From contig OZ219786.1 in assembly GCA_964291285.2 (NCBI GenBank), positions 160,001 through 224,000 of the forward strand: 64,000 nucleotides of DNA. Reading direction: 5' to 3'. The stretch is from Alphaproteobacteria bacterium (lineage in GTDB: Bacteria > Pseudomonadota > Alphaproteobacteria > Bin95). Positions 1-8,504 of the stretch are shown one piece after another. The notes under the pieces are model-generated. The model did no database searches and was not told where the DNA came from. It saw nothing but the letters and a program-made list of their open reading frames with translations. Within the stretch, counting starts at the first letter, position 1. Every line of letters begins with the position of its first letter. The position numbers were made by a program, and so were the translations under genes.

Positions 1-2
1 TC

Positions 3-683
3 GACCGGCTGGATGAAATCGGCGCCGTCGCCCGCGCCCATGACATCTTCCTCCATGTCGATGCCGCATGGGCCGGCAGCGCGCTCATCTGCGAGGAGCA
101 CCGCTGGATGCTGCAGGGCATCGAGGCCGTGGACAGCCTCGTCTTCAATCCGCACAAATGGCTGCTCACCAATTTCGACTGCTCGGCGCATTTCGTTCGC
201 GATCCGGACGCGCTGATCCGCACCTTTTCGATCCTCCCCGCCTATCTGCAAAGCCGGGAGGGGGATGCCGTCATTGACTACCGCGACTGGAGCGTGCCGC
301 TCGGCCGGCGTTTCCGCGCGCTCAAGCTCTGGTTCGTGCTGCGCAGCTACGGCCTTGCCGGCCTGCGCGACCTGGTGCGGCGGCATATCGCGCTGGCCGA
401 ATGGCTCGAAGGCGAGATCGCAGCGCATCCGGATTTCGAGCTTATGGCCCCCAGATCCTTGGCATTGCTGAATTTCCGCTACGCCCCTCAGGGGAACGCA
501 GCGCTTGACGACCTCAACGAGCGGCTGCTGCACGTGATCAATGACGAAGGGCGCATCTACCTGACGCAAGGCAGCGTGAACGGGGCCTATGCGATTCGCG
601 TCTCCATCGGACAGACCGGCACCGAGCGCATCCATGTCGAGCAGGCGTGGGAGGCAATCCGCTCCGCCGCCGCCCGACTTTAG
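3..683 (+). CDS. PLP-dependent (group II) aromatic-L-amino-acid decarboxylase family protein, 5' end outside window
   Basis: Frame is open from base 3 with HVDAAWAG, the PLP-lysine motif FNPHKWL and DYRDWSVPLGRRFRALKLW. Confidence 0.9.
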   Translation, partial: DRLDEIGAVARAHDIFLHVDAAWAGSALICEEHRWMLQGIEAVDSLVFNPHKWLLTNFDCSAHFVRDPDALIRTFSILPAYLQSREGDAVIDYRDWSVPLGRRFRALKLWFVLRSYGLAGLRDLVRRHIALAEWLEGEIAAHPDFELMAPRSLALLNFRYAPQGNAALDDLNERLLHVINDEGRIYLTQGSVNGAYAIRVSIGQTGTERIHVEQAWEAIRSAAARL

Positions 684-689
684 GCATTG

Positions 690-1185
690 CCGGCAGGATG
701 CTTCAAATATGAAAAAAATCTAATTAATCTGATTTTTGTTTCATATTTGATCTTGACATCTGGCGGATTGTGGTATGATGGTCCCCAAGGAAGCGGAATC
801 CGGAGCCGCGTCCCCGGGTGCCGCGCGGCCGAGCGGCGCCGGTTTCTGAAAACCCGTGAGAAGCCGACGGGAGACGTGCGTCCTGCGTCTCGCGCGCGCA
901 ATCAGGCGCGCGAACCGCGCCGGCGCCGACACGCGCACAGGCGCCCGCGCAGGATACGCGCGGAAAAGGGACCCGCTCCCCGTCGGAGCAAGGAGGAACG
1001 ATGAAGGCAACCCACCCTCGCCCCGGTCATGTCGAACCGCTGCCCCTTTTTCTCCTCGCACCCGGCAGGAGGTCAAAAAGCGGAGAGCCTTATGCCCGAA
1101 CCGGCTACAGAACATACGCCCCGCGCATGGGAAACATGACAGATCATGACATCCCATGACATACCGCGCGGGGTCTGCGCCGGCG
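690..1185 (+). repeat. Dispersed ~500-bp non-coding element, copy 1
   Basis: Shares identical 20-bp (894-913) and 23-bp (940-962) blocks, a TTGACA and terminal CATGAC repeats with the reverse complement of 17340-17875. Ends approximate. Confidence 0.8.
753..779 (+). promoter_or_regulatory. Putative sigma70-type promoter
   Basis: TTGACA at 753-758 and TGgTATGAT (extended -10) at 771-779. The 15-bp spacer is short. Preceded by an AT-rich inverted repeat at 703-750. Confidence 0.5.
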
Positions 1186-1190
1186 GGAGC

Positions 1191-1415
1191 CTATCCGGCT
1201 CTGGCGATCACGAACCGATAGGGCGCGTCCGCCTCCTGGGCTTCAACGATGTCATGGCCTTCCGTGGCGCAGAAATGGCGCATGTCGATGGGCGAGGCCG
1301 GGTCGTCGGTCAGCACCTCCAGCCGGTCGCCCGGCGCCATCGCCCTGAGGCGCTTGCGGGCCCGCAGGACCGGAATCGGACAGCGCAGGCCCGTGGCGTC
1401 GAGCAGGTCGGCCAT
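1191..1415 (-). CDS. tusA: TusA/SirA family sulfur carrier
   Basis: 74 aa; LDATGLRCPIP (CPxP) motif and DDP..PIDM. Confidence 0.9.
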   Translation of the reverse strand: MADLLDATGLRCPIPVLRARKRLRAMAPGDRLEVLTDDPASPIDMRHFCATEGHDIVEAQEADAPYRFVIARAG

Positions 1416-1418
1416 GGG

Positions 1419-2285
1419 TCAGAAGGCGTTGAGCGGGATCTTGAGATAGGCGCGGCCGTTGCTTTCCGGCTCCGGCAGGTCGCCGCCGCGCATGTTCACC
1501 TGGATCGAAGGCAGCAGCAGCGCCGGCACATCCAGCACCTTGTCCCGCTCGGTGCGCATGGCGACGAAGGCCTGCTCGTCGATGCCGTCGCGCACATGCC
1601 GGTTCGCCCTGCGCTCCTCTTCCACCGTCGTCTCCCACGCGACCTCCCGTCCGCCCGGCGCGTAGTCGTGCCCGACGAAGACGCGCGTTTCGGGCGGCAG
1701 CGACAGGATGCGGCGCGCCGAGCGGTAGAGCGCCGCCGCGTCGCCGCCGGGAAAGTCGCAGCGCGCGGTGCCGAAATCCGGCATGAAGACGGTGTCGCCC
1801 GTGAACGCGGCATCGCCGATGACATAGGTGACGCAGGCAGGCGTGTGGCCCGGCGTGTGCAGCACCCGCGCCGGCACCCGCCCCAGCCGGAACTGCTCCT
1901 CGTCGTCGAACAGCCGGTCGAACTGAGAGCCGTCGGTCAGGAATTCCGGCGGCAGATTGTAGATGTCCTTGAAGACCGCCTGCACATCGACGATGTGGCC
2001 GCCGATGGCCGTCCTGCCTCCGAGCGCCTGCTTCAGGAAGGCGCCGGCGCTCAGATGGTCGGCATGCACATGGGTTTCGAGGATCCACTCAACGCTGAGG
2101 CCGCGCTCGCGAACCCGCGCGACAAGCCGCTCGGCGAACGCCGTTTCGGTCCGTCCGGAGTAGATGTCGTAGTCGAGCACCGGATCGACGACGGCGGCCC
2201 GGCCGGTCCCGGGGCAGGCCACGATATAGCTCACCGTGGAGCTCGGCTCGTGAAACAGCGCCTCAACCAGCGGTCGTTCGGCCAT
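1419..2285 (-). CDS. MBL-fold persulfide dioxygenase (ETHE1/Blh-like)
   Basis: ETHVHADHLS, HTPGHTPAC, GDTVFMPDFGTARCDFPGG, C-terminal YLKIPLN. Confidence 0.88.
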   Translation of the reverse strand: MAERPLVEALFHEPSSTVSYIVACPGTGRAAVVDPVLDYDIYSGRTETAFAERLVARVRERGLSVEWILETHVHADHLSAGAFLKQALGGRTAIGGHIVDVQAVFKDIYNLPPEFLTDGSQFDRLFDDEEQFRLGRVPARVLHTPGHTPACVTYVIGDAAFTGDTVFMPDFGTARCDFPGGDAAALYRSARRILSLPPETRVFVGHDYAPGGREVAWETTVEEERRANRHVRDGIDEQAFVAMRTERDKVLDVPALLLPSIQVNMRGGDLPEPESNGRAYLKIPLNAF

Positions 2286-2349
2286 GAGTCGCCCTCCCTC
2301 GCGGGGAAACGCTATCCTATACCGGATTCACAAACGGGAGAACGCATCC

Positions 2350-3102
2350 GTGAACGCGCCGCTGATCGACTACCACTCCGAGGACGGTATCGCAACGATT
2401 ACCCTCAACCGGCCCGACAAGATGAATGCCCTGTCGAACGGGCTCGTCGCCGAGCTGATCCAGGCCTTCGAGCGCCTGCAGGACAGCGATGACCGCGTCG
2501 CGATCCTGACCGGCGCGGGCGAGCGCGCCTTCTCGGTCGGCGCAGACCTGCGCGACCCGCCCCGCGACCCGGAGCTCTGGGAGTGCATGCCGGGCGTCGG
2601 CGTGATGGTGGACAAGCCGATCATCGCCGCCGTGCACGGCTACTGCGTGGGCGGCGCCTTCTGCCTGGTGGAGTTCTGCGACCTTGCCGTGGCCGACGAA
2701 ACCGCGGACTTCTTCTATCCCGAGGCGCAGATCGGGTTCTGCGGCGGGCTCATCGCCGGCCTCGCGGCGCGCATACCGCACAAGCTCGCGATGGAGTTCA
2801 TGATGACCGGAAAGCATTTCGACGGCGAACGCGCCGCCGAGATCGGCATGGTCAACCGTGCCGTGCCGCGGGGCGAGCTGATGGCCGCGGCAAGGGACTA
2901 CGCGACCATCCTCAGGGACAGCGCGCCGCTCGTGCTGCGAACGGTCAAGCGTTTCGTGCGCGATACCGTGGTCGCGCGCGGCCCCTCGGAACTCCAGGCG
3001 CTGGCCCGGCGGGAGTTGCTCTCGATCAGCCGCAGCGAGGACCAGAAGGAAGGCGGGCGGGCGTTCCGCGAGAAGCGCAAGCCCATGTTCACCGGCCGAT
3101 GA
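2350..3102 (+). CDS. Enoyl-CoA hydratase/isomerase
   Basis: ITLNRPDKMNAL, AFSVGADL, KPIIAAVHGYCVGG, EKRKPMFTGR; GTG start after GGAG. Confidence 0.9.
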   Translation: MNAPLIDYHSEDGIATITLNRPDKMNALSNGLVAELIQAFERLQDSDDRVAILTGAGERAFSVGADLRDPPRDPELWECMPGVGVMVDKPIIAAVHGYCVGGAFCLVEFCDLAVADETADFFYPEAQIGFCGGLIAGLAARIPHKLAMEFMMTGKHFDGERAAEIGMVNRAVPRGELMAAARDYATILRDSAPLVLRTVKRFVRDTVVARGPSELQALARRELLSISRSEDQKEGGRAFREKRKPMFTGR

Positions 3103-3887
3103 GCGCGGAAATCGTCTTCGAGGTCCGGGACAGGGTCGGCCTCATCCGCCTCAACCGGCCGGAAAAGCTCAACGCCTTCACCAACTCCATGCTCGAAGAC
3201 TGGCTGGAGGCGCTGGACGAGGCGGAAGCCCGCGAGGATGTGCGCTGCCTCGTCATCACCGGCACGGGGCGCGGCTTCACCACCGGCGGCGATGTCTCGA
3301 CGATGGGAGGCGGGCAGGACAACAGCCCGAAGACCACGAAGGACCGCATCTGGGAGACGATCCAGGCGGTGCCGAAGCGGCTCGCCGGCATGGACACGCC
3401 AACGATCGCCGCCGTCAACGGCGTCGCCACGGGCGGCGGAGTGGATGTCGCGCTCGCCTGCGACATAAGGGTCTGCGCCGCCTCGGCGCGTTTTGCCGAG
3501 ACCTATGCCCGGCTGGGCCTCATTCCCGGCGCGGGCGGGGCCTATTTCCTGCCCCGCGCCGTGGGCGTGGCCCGCGCGCTGGAGCTGCTCTGGACAGCGG
3601 AGTTCATCGACGCGGAGACGGCCGAGCGCATCGGGCTCGTGAACCATGTCTATCCGGACGAGAGCTTCCTCGACGACGCGATGGCGCTTGCCGGGCGCAT
3701 CGTTGCCGCCGCGCCGCTCTCGGTGCGCTACATCAAGCGGACGGTCTATCGCTCGCTCGCCACCGACATGCTCACCAGCTTCGACCTCGTGTCCTCGCAC
3801 ATGACAGTCGTGCGCTCGTCCGAGGACCATGTCGAGGCCGTCGCGGCTTTCCGCGAGAAACGCACGCCCGACTTCAAGGGCCGTTGA
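3099..3887 (+). CDS. Enoyl-CoA hydratase/isomerase
   Basis: LNRPEKLNA, GFTTGGD, AAVNGVATGGG, EKRTPDFKGR; ATGA overlap with the upstream gene. Confidence 0.9.
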   Translation: MSAEIVFEVRDRVGLIRLNRPEKLNAFTNSMLEDWLEALDEAEAREDVRCLVITGTGRGFTTGGDVSTMGGGQDNSPKTTKDRIWETIQAVPKRLAGMDTPTIAAVNGVATGGGVDVALACDIRVCAASARFAETYARLGLIPGAGGAYFLPRAVGVARALELLWTAEFIDAETAERIGLVNHVYPDESFLDDAMALAGRIVAAAPLSVRYIKRTVYRSLATDMLTSFDLVSSHMTVVRSSEDHVEAVAAFREKRTPDFKGR

Positions 3888-3919
3888 CATCCCCTGCCCC
3901 GCCTGCGGCCGCACCGGAA

Positions 3920-3955
3920 CATGACACTTCATGACATCCCATGACACTTCATGAC
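3920..3955 (+). repeat. Four CATGAC units at exact 10-bp spacing
   Basis: CATGAC starts at 3920, 3930, 3940 and 3950; the same motif ends both copies of the dispersed element. Confidence 0.9.
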
Positions 3956-4033
3956 GCTCCTGCCCTTCCGGCGTTCTCCGGCGCGGGGCATATTGGCCGC
4001 TCCGATTGCCGCTTCCATCAGGAGACCTGAACC

Positions 4034-4741
4034 TTGCCCAAGTTAACCGAACAGGACCTTGCGGCGCTGCGCGCGCTCAACACGCCCACGATCTGCAACG
4101 CGCTGGAGGTCGTGGCCGGCAGCCGGCTGAACACCGGCTTCACCGTCGAGCCGCTGGTCTGCCCCTTCCCGGACCTACCGCCTATCGTCGGCTATGCGCG
4201 CACCGGCACCATACGCTCACAATTCCCGAGCGCCGTGGGCGGCAACGATGCCGCGAAGCTGCGCGTTTCCTACTACGACTATGTCGCCCATGGCGGCCCC
4301 GCGCCGCAGATCGTGGTGCTGCAGGACCTCGACGGCCCGCGCGCCGGCTTCGGCGCCTTCTGGGGCGAGGTGAACTCCAACATCCACAAGGCGCTCGGCT
4401 GCCTCGGCGTCGTCACGGACGGCTGCATCCGGGACATTCCGGACTGGGCGGACGGCTTCCAGGCCGTGGCCGGCTCGATCAAGCCCGCGCACGCCCATGT
4501 GCATGTGGTCGATTTCGGCGGACAGATCAGCGTCGCCGGCATGGTCGTCAACAGCGGCGACCTCGTGCATGCCGACCAGCACGGCGCGGCGGTCATTCCC
4601 ATCGACCAGGCGCGCGAGGTGCCGAAGGCGGCGGCCGAGGTAGCGGCCAAGGAAAAGGTCGTGCTGGACGTCTGCCGCGGCTCCGGTTTCACCTTCGAGA
4701 AGCTGAAACGCGCCATGCTCGGCCCCGAAGACGTGCACTGA
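4034..4741 (+). CDS. RraA-like / HMG aldolase family protein
   Basis: TPTICNALE, AFWGEVN, GVVTDGCIRD, GDLVHADQHGAAVIP; TTG start after GGAG. Confidence 0.85.
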   Translation: MPKLTEQDLAALRALNTPTICNALEVVAGSRLNTGFTVEPLVCPFPDLPPIVGYARTGTIRSQFPSAVGGNDAAKLRVSYYDYVAHGGPAPQIVVLQDLDGPRAGFGAFWGEVNSNIHKALGCLGVVTDGCIRDIPDWADGFQAVAGSIKPAHAHVHVVDFGGQISVAGMVVNSGDLVHADQHGAAVIPIDQAREVPKAAAEVAAKEKVVLDVCRGSGFTFEKLKRAMLGPEDVH

Positions 4742-4753
4742 CACTTCTGCGCC

Positions 4754-5272
4754 ATGCGTCTCCCCCTCCTGCCGCTGGCCGCGATGGCCGGGCTGGTCGC
4801 GCTCTCCAACGTGCTCGTCCAGTATCCGATCAATGACTGGCTGACCTGGGGCGCGTTCACCTATCCGGTCTGCTTCCTGGTCACGGACCTCACCAACCGG
4901 ATGCACGGCGCGGCGACGGCGCGGCGGGTCGTCTATGTCGGCTTCGCCGCGGCCGTCGTGCTGTCCATCGTTTTGGCGACGCCGCGAATCGCGGTCGCCT
5001 CGGGCCTGGCCTTCCTGGTCGCCCAGCTTCTGGACGTGACGGTGTTCGACCGGATGCGGCAGCGGGCATGGTGGCAGGCGCCGCTGGTCTCCTCGATGCT
5101 CGGCTCGGCCGTCGATACGGCGCTGTTCTTCTCGATCGCCTTCTACGGCACCGGGATTCCCTGGGTCACGCTCGGGATCGGGGACTTCCTCTGGAAGGTC
5201 GCCTTCGCGCTCGCCATGCTGATTCCGTTCCGGCTGCTGATGCCGGCGACGGCCGGGCGGGCCGCTCAGTAG
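4754..5272 (+). CDS. VUT family (YhhQ-like) queuosine-precursor transporter
   Basis: Hydrophobic; SNVLVQ, TWGAFTYP..FLVTDL, QLLDV.VF, DTALFFSIAF. Confidence 0.8.
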   Translation: MRLPLLPLAAMAGLVALSNVLVQYPINDWLTWGAFTYPVCFLVTDLTNRMHGAATARRVVYVGFAAAVVLSIVLATPRIAVASGLAFLVAQLLDVTVFDRMRQRAWWQAPLVSSMLGSAVDTALFFSIAFYGTGIPWVTLGIGDFLWKVAFALAMLIPFRLLMPATAGRAAQ

Positions 5273-6024
5273 TGGGAGACGCCGCCCTCCGCCGGGATCA
5301 CCGCGCCATTGACCATGCGGGACTCGTCCGACGCCAGGAAGAGCCCGATATTGGCGATGTCCTCCGGCGGACCGATGCTGAACGGATAGCTCTCGAAGAT
5401 CGCGAACGGCCCCTCCTGCCGGCGTTCCCCGTCCGGCCCCGGATAGCGCGCAAGGATGCGTTCGGTCAGGATGAGTCCGGGGCAGATGACATTGGCCCGC
5501 ACGCCCTCGTCGGAATAGGAGCCGGCGAGCGAGCGGGTGAAGGAGATCAGCCCGCCCTTCGCCGCGGAATAGACATGGCTGGGAACGAAACCGCGCAAAG
5601 CTGCGACGGAGGAGATGTTGATGACGGCCCCGCCGCCGCCCGCGATCATGTGGGGCACGACATGGCGGCACATCAGCATCGGGCCCTTGAGGTCGAGCGG
5701 GATCGTGCGGTCCCAGACGGCGAGATCGACCTCGTGGATCTTCGAGTCCTCGGGAACCGAGCCGCCCGCGCAGTTGAACAGGATGTCGATACGCCCGAAC
5801 TCGGCCATCGCCGCCGCCGCGCAGGCCGCTGCAGAAGCGTCATCGGTCACATCGGTGCGGTGGAAGACGGCGCCGTTCTCGGCTGCCGTTGCGGACCCGG
5901 CCGCTTCGTTGATTTCCGCCACCATCACCTTCGCGCCCTCGCGAATGAAAATGCCCGTGGCCGCCCTGGCGATTCCGGTTCCAGCCCCGGTAATCACCGC
6001 GGTCTTGCCTTCGAGCCGTCCCAT
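5266..6024 (-). CDS. SDR family oxidoreductase (paralog B)
   Basis: TGAGTGIA, NCAG, YSAAK catalytic motif. Confidence 0.92.
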   Translation of the reverse strand: MGRLEGKTAVITGAGTGIARAATGIFIREGAKVMVAEINEAAGSATAAENGAVFHRTDVTDDASAAACAAAAMAEFGRIDILFNCAGGSVPEDSKIHEVDLAVWDRTIPLDLKGPMLMCRHVVPHMIAGGGGAVINISSVAALRGFVPSHVYSAAKGGLISFTRSLAGSYSDEGVRANVICPGLILTERILARYPGPDGERRQEGPFAIFESYPFSIGPPEDIANIGLFLASDESRMVNGAVIPAEGGVSHY

Positions 6025-6054
6025 ATCCTGCACTCCTCTCCTTGCCGCCGCCCG

Positions 6055-6813
6055 TCAATAGGCGGAGATGCCGCCTTCTCCCGGGATGACCGCGCCGTTC
6101 ACCATGCGCGACTCGTCCGACGCCAGGAAGAGCGCGATATTGGCGATGTCCTCGGGCTGGCCGACGCCGAACGGATATTGTTCGAAGGTGCCGATCGAGC
6201 CTTCGCGCGGGCGCTCCTCGTTCGGCTGTCGGTAGCGGGCGCGGACGCGCTCGGTCAGGATGAGCCCCGGACAGATCACGTTGGCGCGCACGCCCCGGTC
6301 CGAATAGGAGCCGGCCAGCGAGCGCGTGAAGGAGATCAGCCCGCCCTTCGCCGCCGAATAGATATGCGCCGGATGGTTGCCGCGCAGCGCCACGACGGAA
6401 GAGACGTTGACGACGGCGCCGCCGCCGCCCGCGATCATGTGCGGCACGACATGGCGGCACATCAGCATCGGGCCCTTGAGATCGAGCGGGATCGTGCGGT
6501 CCCAGACACCGAGATCGACATCATGGATCGCCGTGTCCTCGATCACCGACCCACCGGCGCAGTTGAACAGAATGTCTATGCGACCGAACTCGGCCATCGC
6601 CGCCGCCGCGCAGGCGGCCGCCGAGGCATCGTCAGTCACGTCGGTGCGGTGGAAGGCGGCGCCCGTCTCCGCCGCCGCAGCAGCGCCCGCCGCCTCGTCG
6701 ATCTCCGCCACCATCACCTTCGCGCCTTCGCGGATGAAGATTCCGGTGGCTGCCCTGGCGATCCCGGATCCGGCGCCGGTAATGATCGCAGTCTTGCCTT
6801 CCAGGCGTCCCAT
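6055..6813 (-). CDS. SDR family oxidoreductase (paralog A)
   Basis: TGAGSGIA, YSAAK; near-identical to the adjacent SDR. Confidence 0.92.
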   Translation of the reverse strand: MGRLEGKTAIITGAGSGIARAATGIFIREGAKVMVAEIDEAAGAAAAAETGAAFHRTDVTDDASAAACAAAAMAEFGRIDILFNCAGGSVIEDTAIHDVDLGVWDRTIPLDLKGPMLMCRHVVPHMIAGGGGAVVNVSSVVALRGNHPAHIYSAAKGGLISFTRSLAGSYSDRGVRANVICPGLILTERVRARYRQPNEERPREGSIGTFEQYPFGVGQPEDIANIALFLASDESRMVNGAVIPGEGGISAY

Positions 6814-6853
6814 CTCTTGCTTTCCTCCCGATCCGGGCGCTAGGGTCGCGCCC

Positions 6854-8500
6854 ATGGCACAAGAGCTTATCAACCCCTGCGGCATCTACCAGCGCAATAG
6901 CGGCGCGCTGGCGCCGCGGCGATCCCTGGAAGACGTTAAGACCGTCGGCCTGTTCTCCAATCTCAAGGCGAATGCAGACCTTTACCTGGAAGAGGTGTCG
7001 CACCGGTTGAAGGCGCGCTACCCGCATCTGGAGTTCGAACTCTTCCAGAAGATTGCGAGCGAGCCCGCAAATTTCTCCCAGCCCTGGCTTGACCGGGTCC
7101 ACGCCGTGGCCGCCGCTTTCGGGGACTGAGGTTCCTGCACGTCGTGGTGTATCCATGACGCGATCAAGCTTGAAGAACGCGGCATTCCCGTGGCCGTCAC
7201 CTGCACCGACGAGTTCTTTGCCCTTGGAAAAGCGGAAGCCGAATGCCTCGGCATGGCGGGCCTGCCGATTGCGGTCGTCCCGCATCCGGTGGCGAAACTG
7301 CCTCCGGTCGGTGTGGCGGAAATCGCCGATGAGGCGATAGACCAGATCGTCCACATGCTGGAAGCAGACGCGGCGGCACTCGCGGAGGAATGCCGCAACC
7401 GTCCCCTGCCGAAGCGCGGCCGGATGCGCTACCGCTCGCTGTTCGAGGGCGACTTCAACGCGCCCGGCGCGCCGGAGCGGATTTCAGGTCCTGACTCGCC
7501 GGAGGCGCTGAACCGCGTCTTCTACCAGCGCGGCTGGACTGACGGCCTGCCTTTCGTTCCGCCGACGCCCGACCGCTGGGAGGCGATGCTGGGCGGACGC
7601 GATCCCGATGAGGAAATCGGGTTCATCGAACCGCGCCTCGGCCTCGCGACGGTCGGCAAGGTCGCCGCCAATGCCGTTATGGCCGGGGCGACGCCCGCCA
7701 TGATGCCGGTCGTCCTTGCCGCGACGCGTGCGATGACCGCCGAGCGGCTGAACCTGAAGGCGCTCCAGTCCACGACCCACCCCTGCGGCCTGCTGACCGT
7801 CGTGCATGGTCCGATGGCGGAAGACCTAGATATCGCCTCCGGCACGAACTGCATGGGCCAGGGCGCCCACGCCAATGCCGCGATCGGGCGCGCCGTCCGG
7901 CTCGTACTCACCAATATCGGCGGCGCCCAGCCCGGCGTGCTCGACCGCGCGACGATGGGCACGCCCGCCAAATACAGCTACTGCTTCGCGGAGAACGGCG
8001 AGGCCAATCCCTGGGCGCCTTTCCAGGCCGAGCGGGGCTTCGGCGCGGAGGAAAACGCAGTCACGGTCTGCGGCGTCGAGGGCCCACACAATGTCAACGA
8101 TCACTACAGCGAAACGGCCGAAGACGTTCTGCTGACGATCTGCGGCACCATGGCGACGCCGGGCTGCAACAACTCCTATTTCCACGGCGAATATCTCGTG
8201 GTGATCGGCCCGGAACACGCCGAGGTGATCGCGCGCGAGGGCTGGTCGAAGGAAGATGTCGAGCGCTTCATCATCGAGCGCGCGATCATTCCGCGCTGGC
8301 ATGTCGGCAAGGCGCAGATGGCGCTCTACCGCCAGCAGGTGCCGGAGCGGTTCGTCGGCCCGGACGGCAGGGACGGCGTGCGCATCGTCAGCGAGCGGGA
8401 GCAACTCATGGTCATGGTCGCCGGCGGGGCGGGACGCCACTCCTGCGTCATCCCGTCCTTCGGCAGTACGCTCTCCGTAACCGAGGCGATCCGGGACTAG
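6854..8500 (+). CDS. UGSC-family selenoprotein fused to a GWTDGLP-type C-terminal domain; Sec at TGA 7127-7129
   Basis: ORFs ending at 7129 and starting at 7190 are in one frame. Read-through gives AFGD-U-GSCTSWCIHD. Hairpin at 7140-7160. Confidence 0.82.
7140..7160 (+). promoter_or_regulatory. Putative bacterial SECIS hairpin
   Basis: CGUCGUGG-UGUAU-CCAUGACG; 8-bp stem, loop begins 18 nt after the UGA and has G then U. Confidence 0.7.
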
Positions 8501-8504
8501 CCGG

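Noticed and set aside
687-1157. Short ORFs inside the dispersed element, also at 17369-17801
   Set aside because: Arg/Ala/Pro-rich, without a consistent start or stop between copies; similarity is confined to the DNA blocks.
7127-7129. TGA codons at 7127 and 33396 as nonsense mutations
   Set aside because: Both fall at the first position of a UxxC motif and are followed by similar hairpins, so selenocysteine is more likely.
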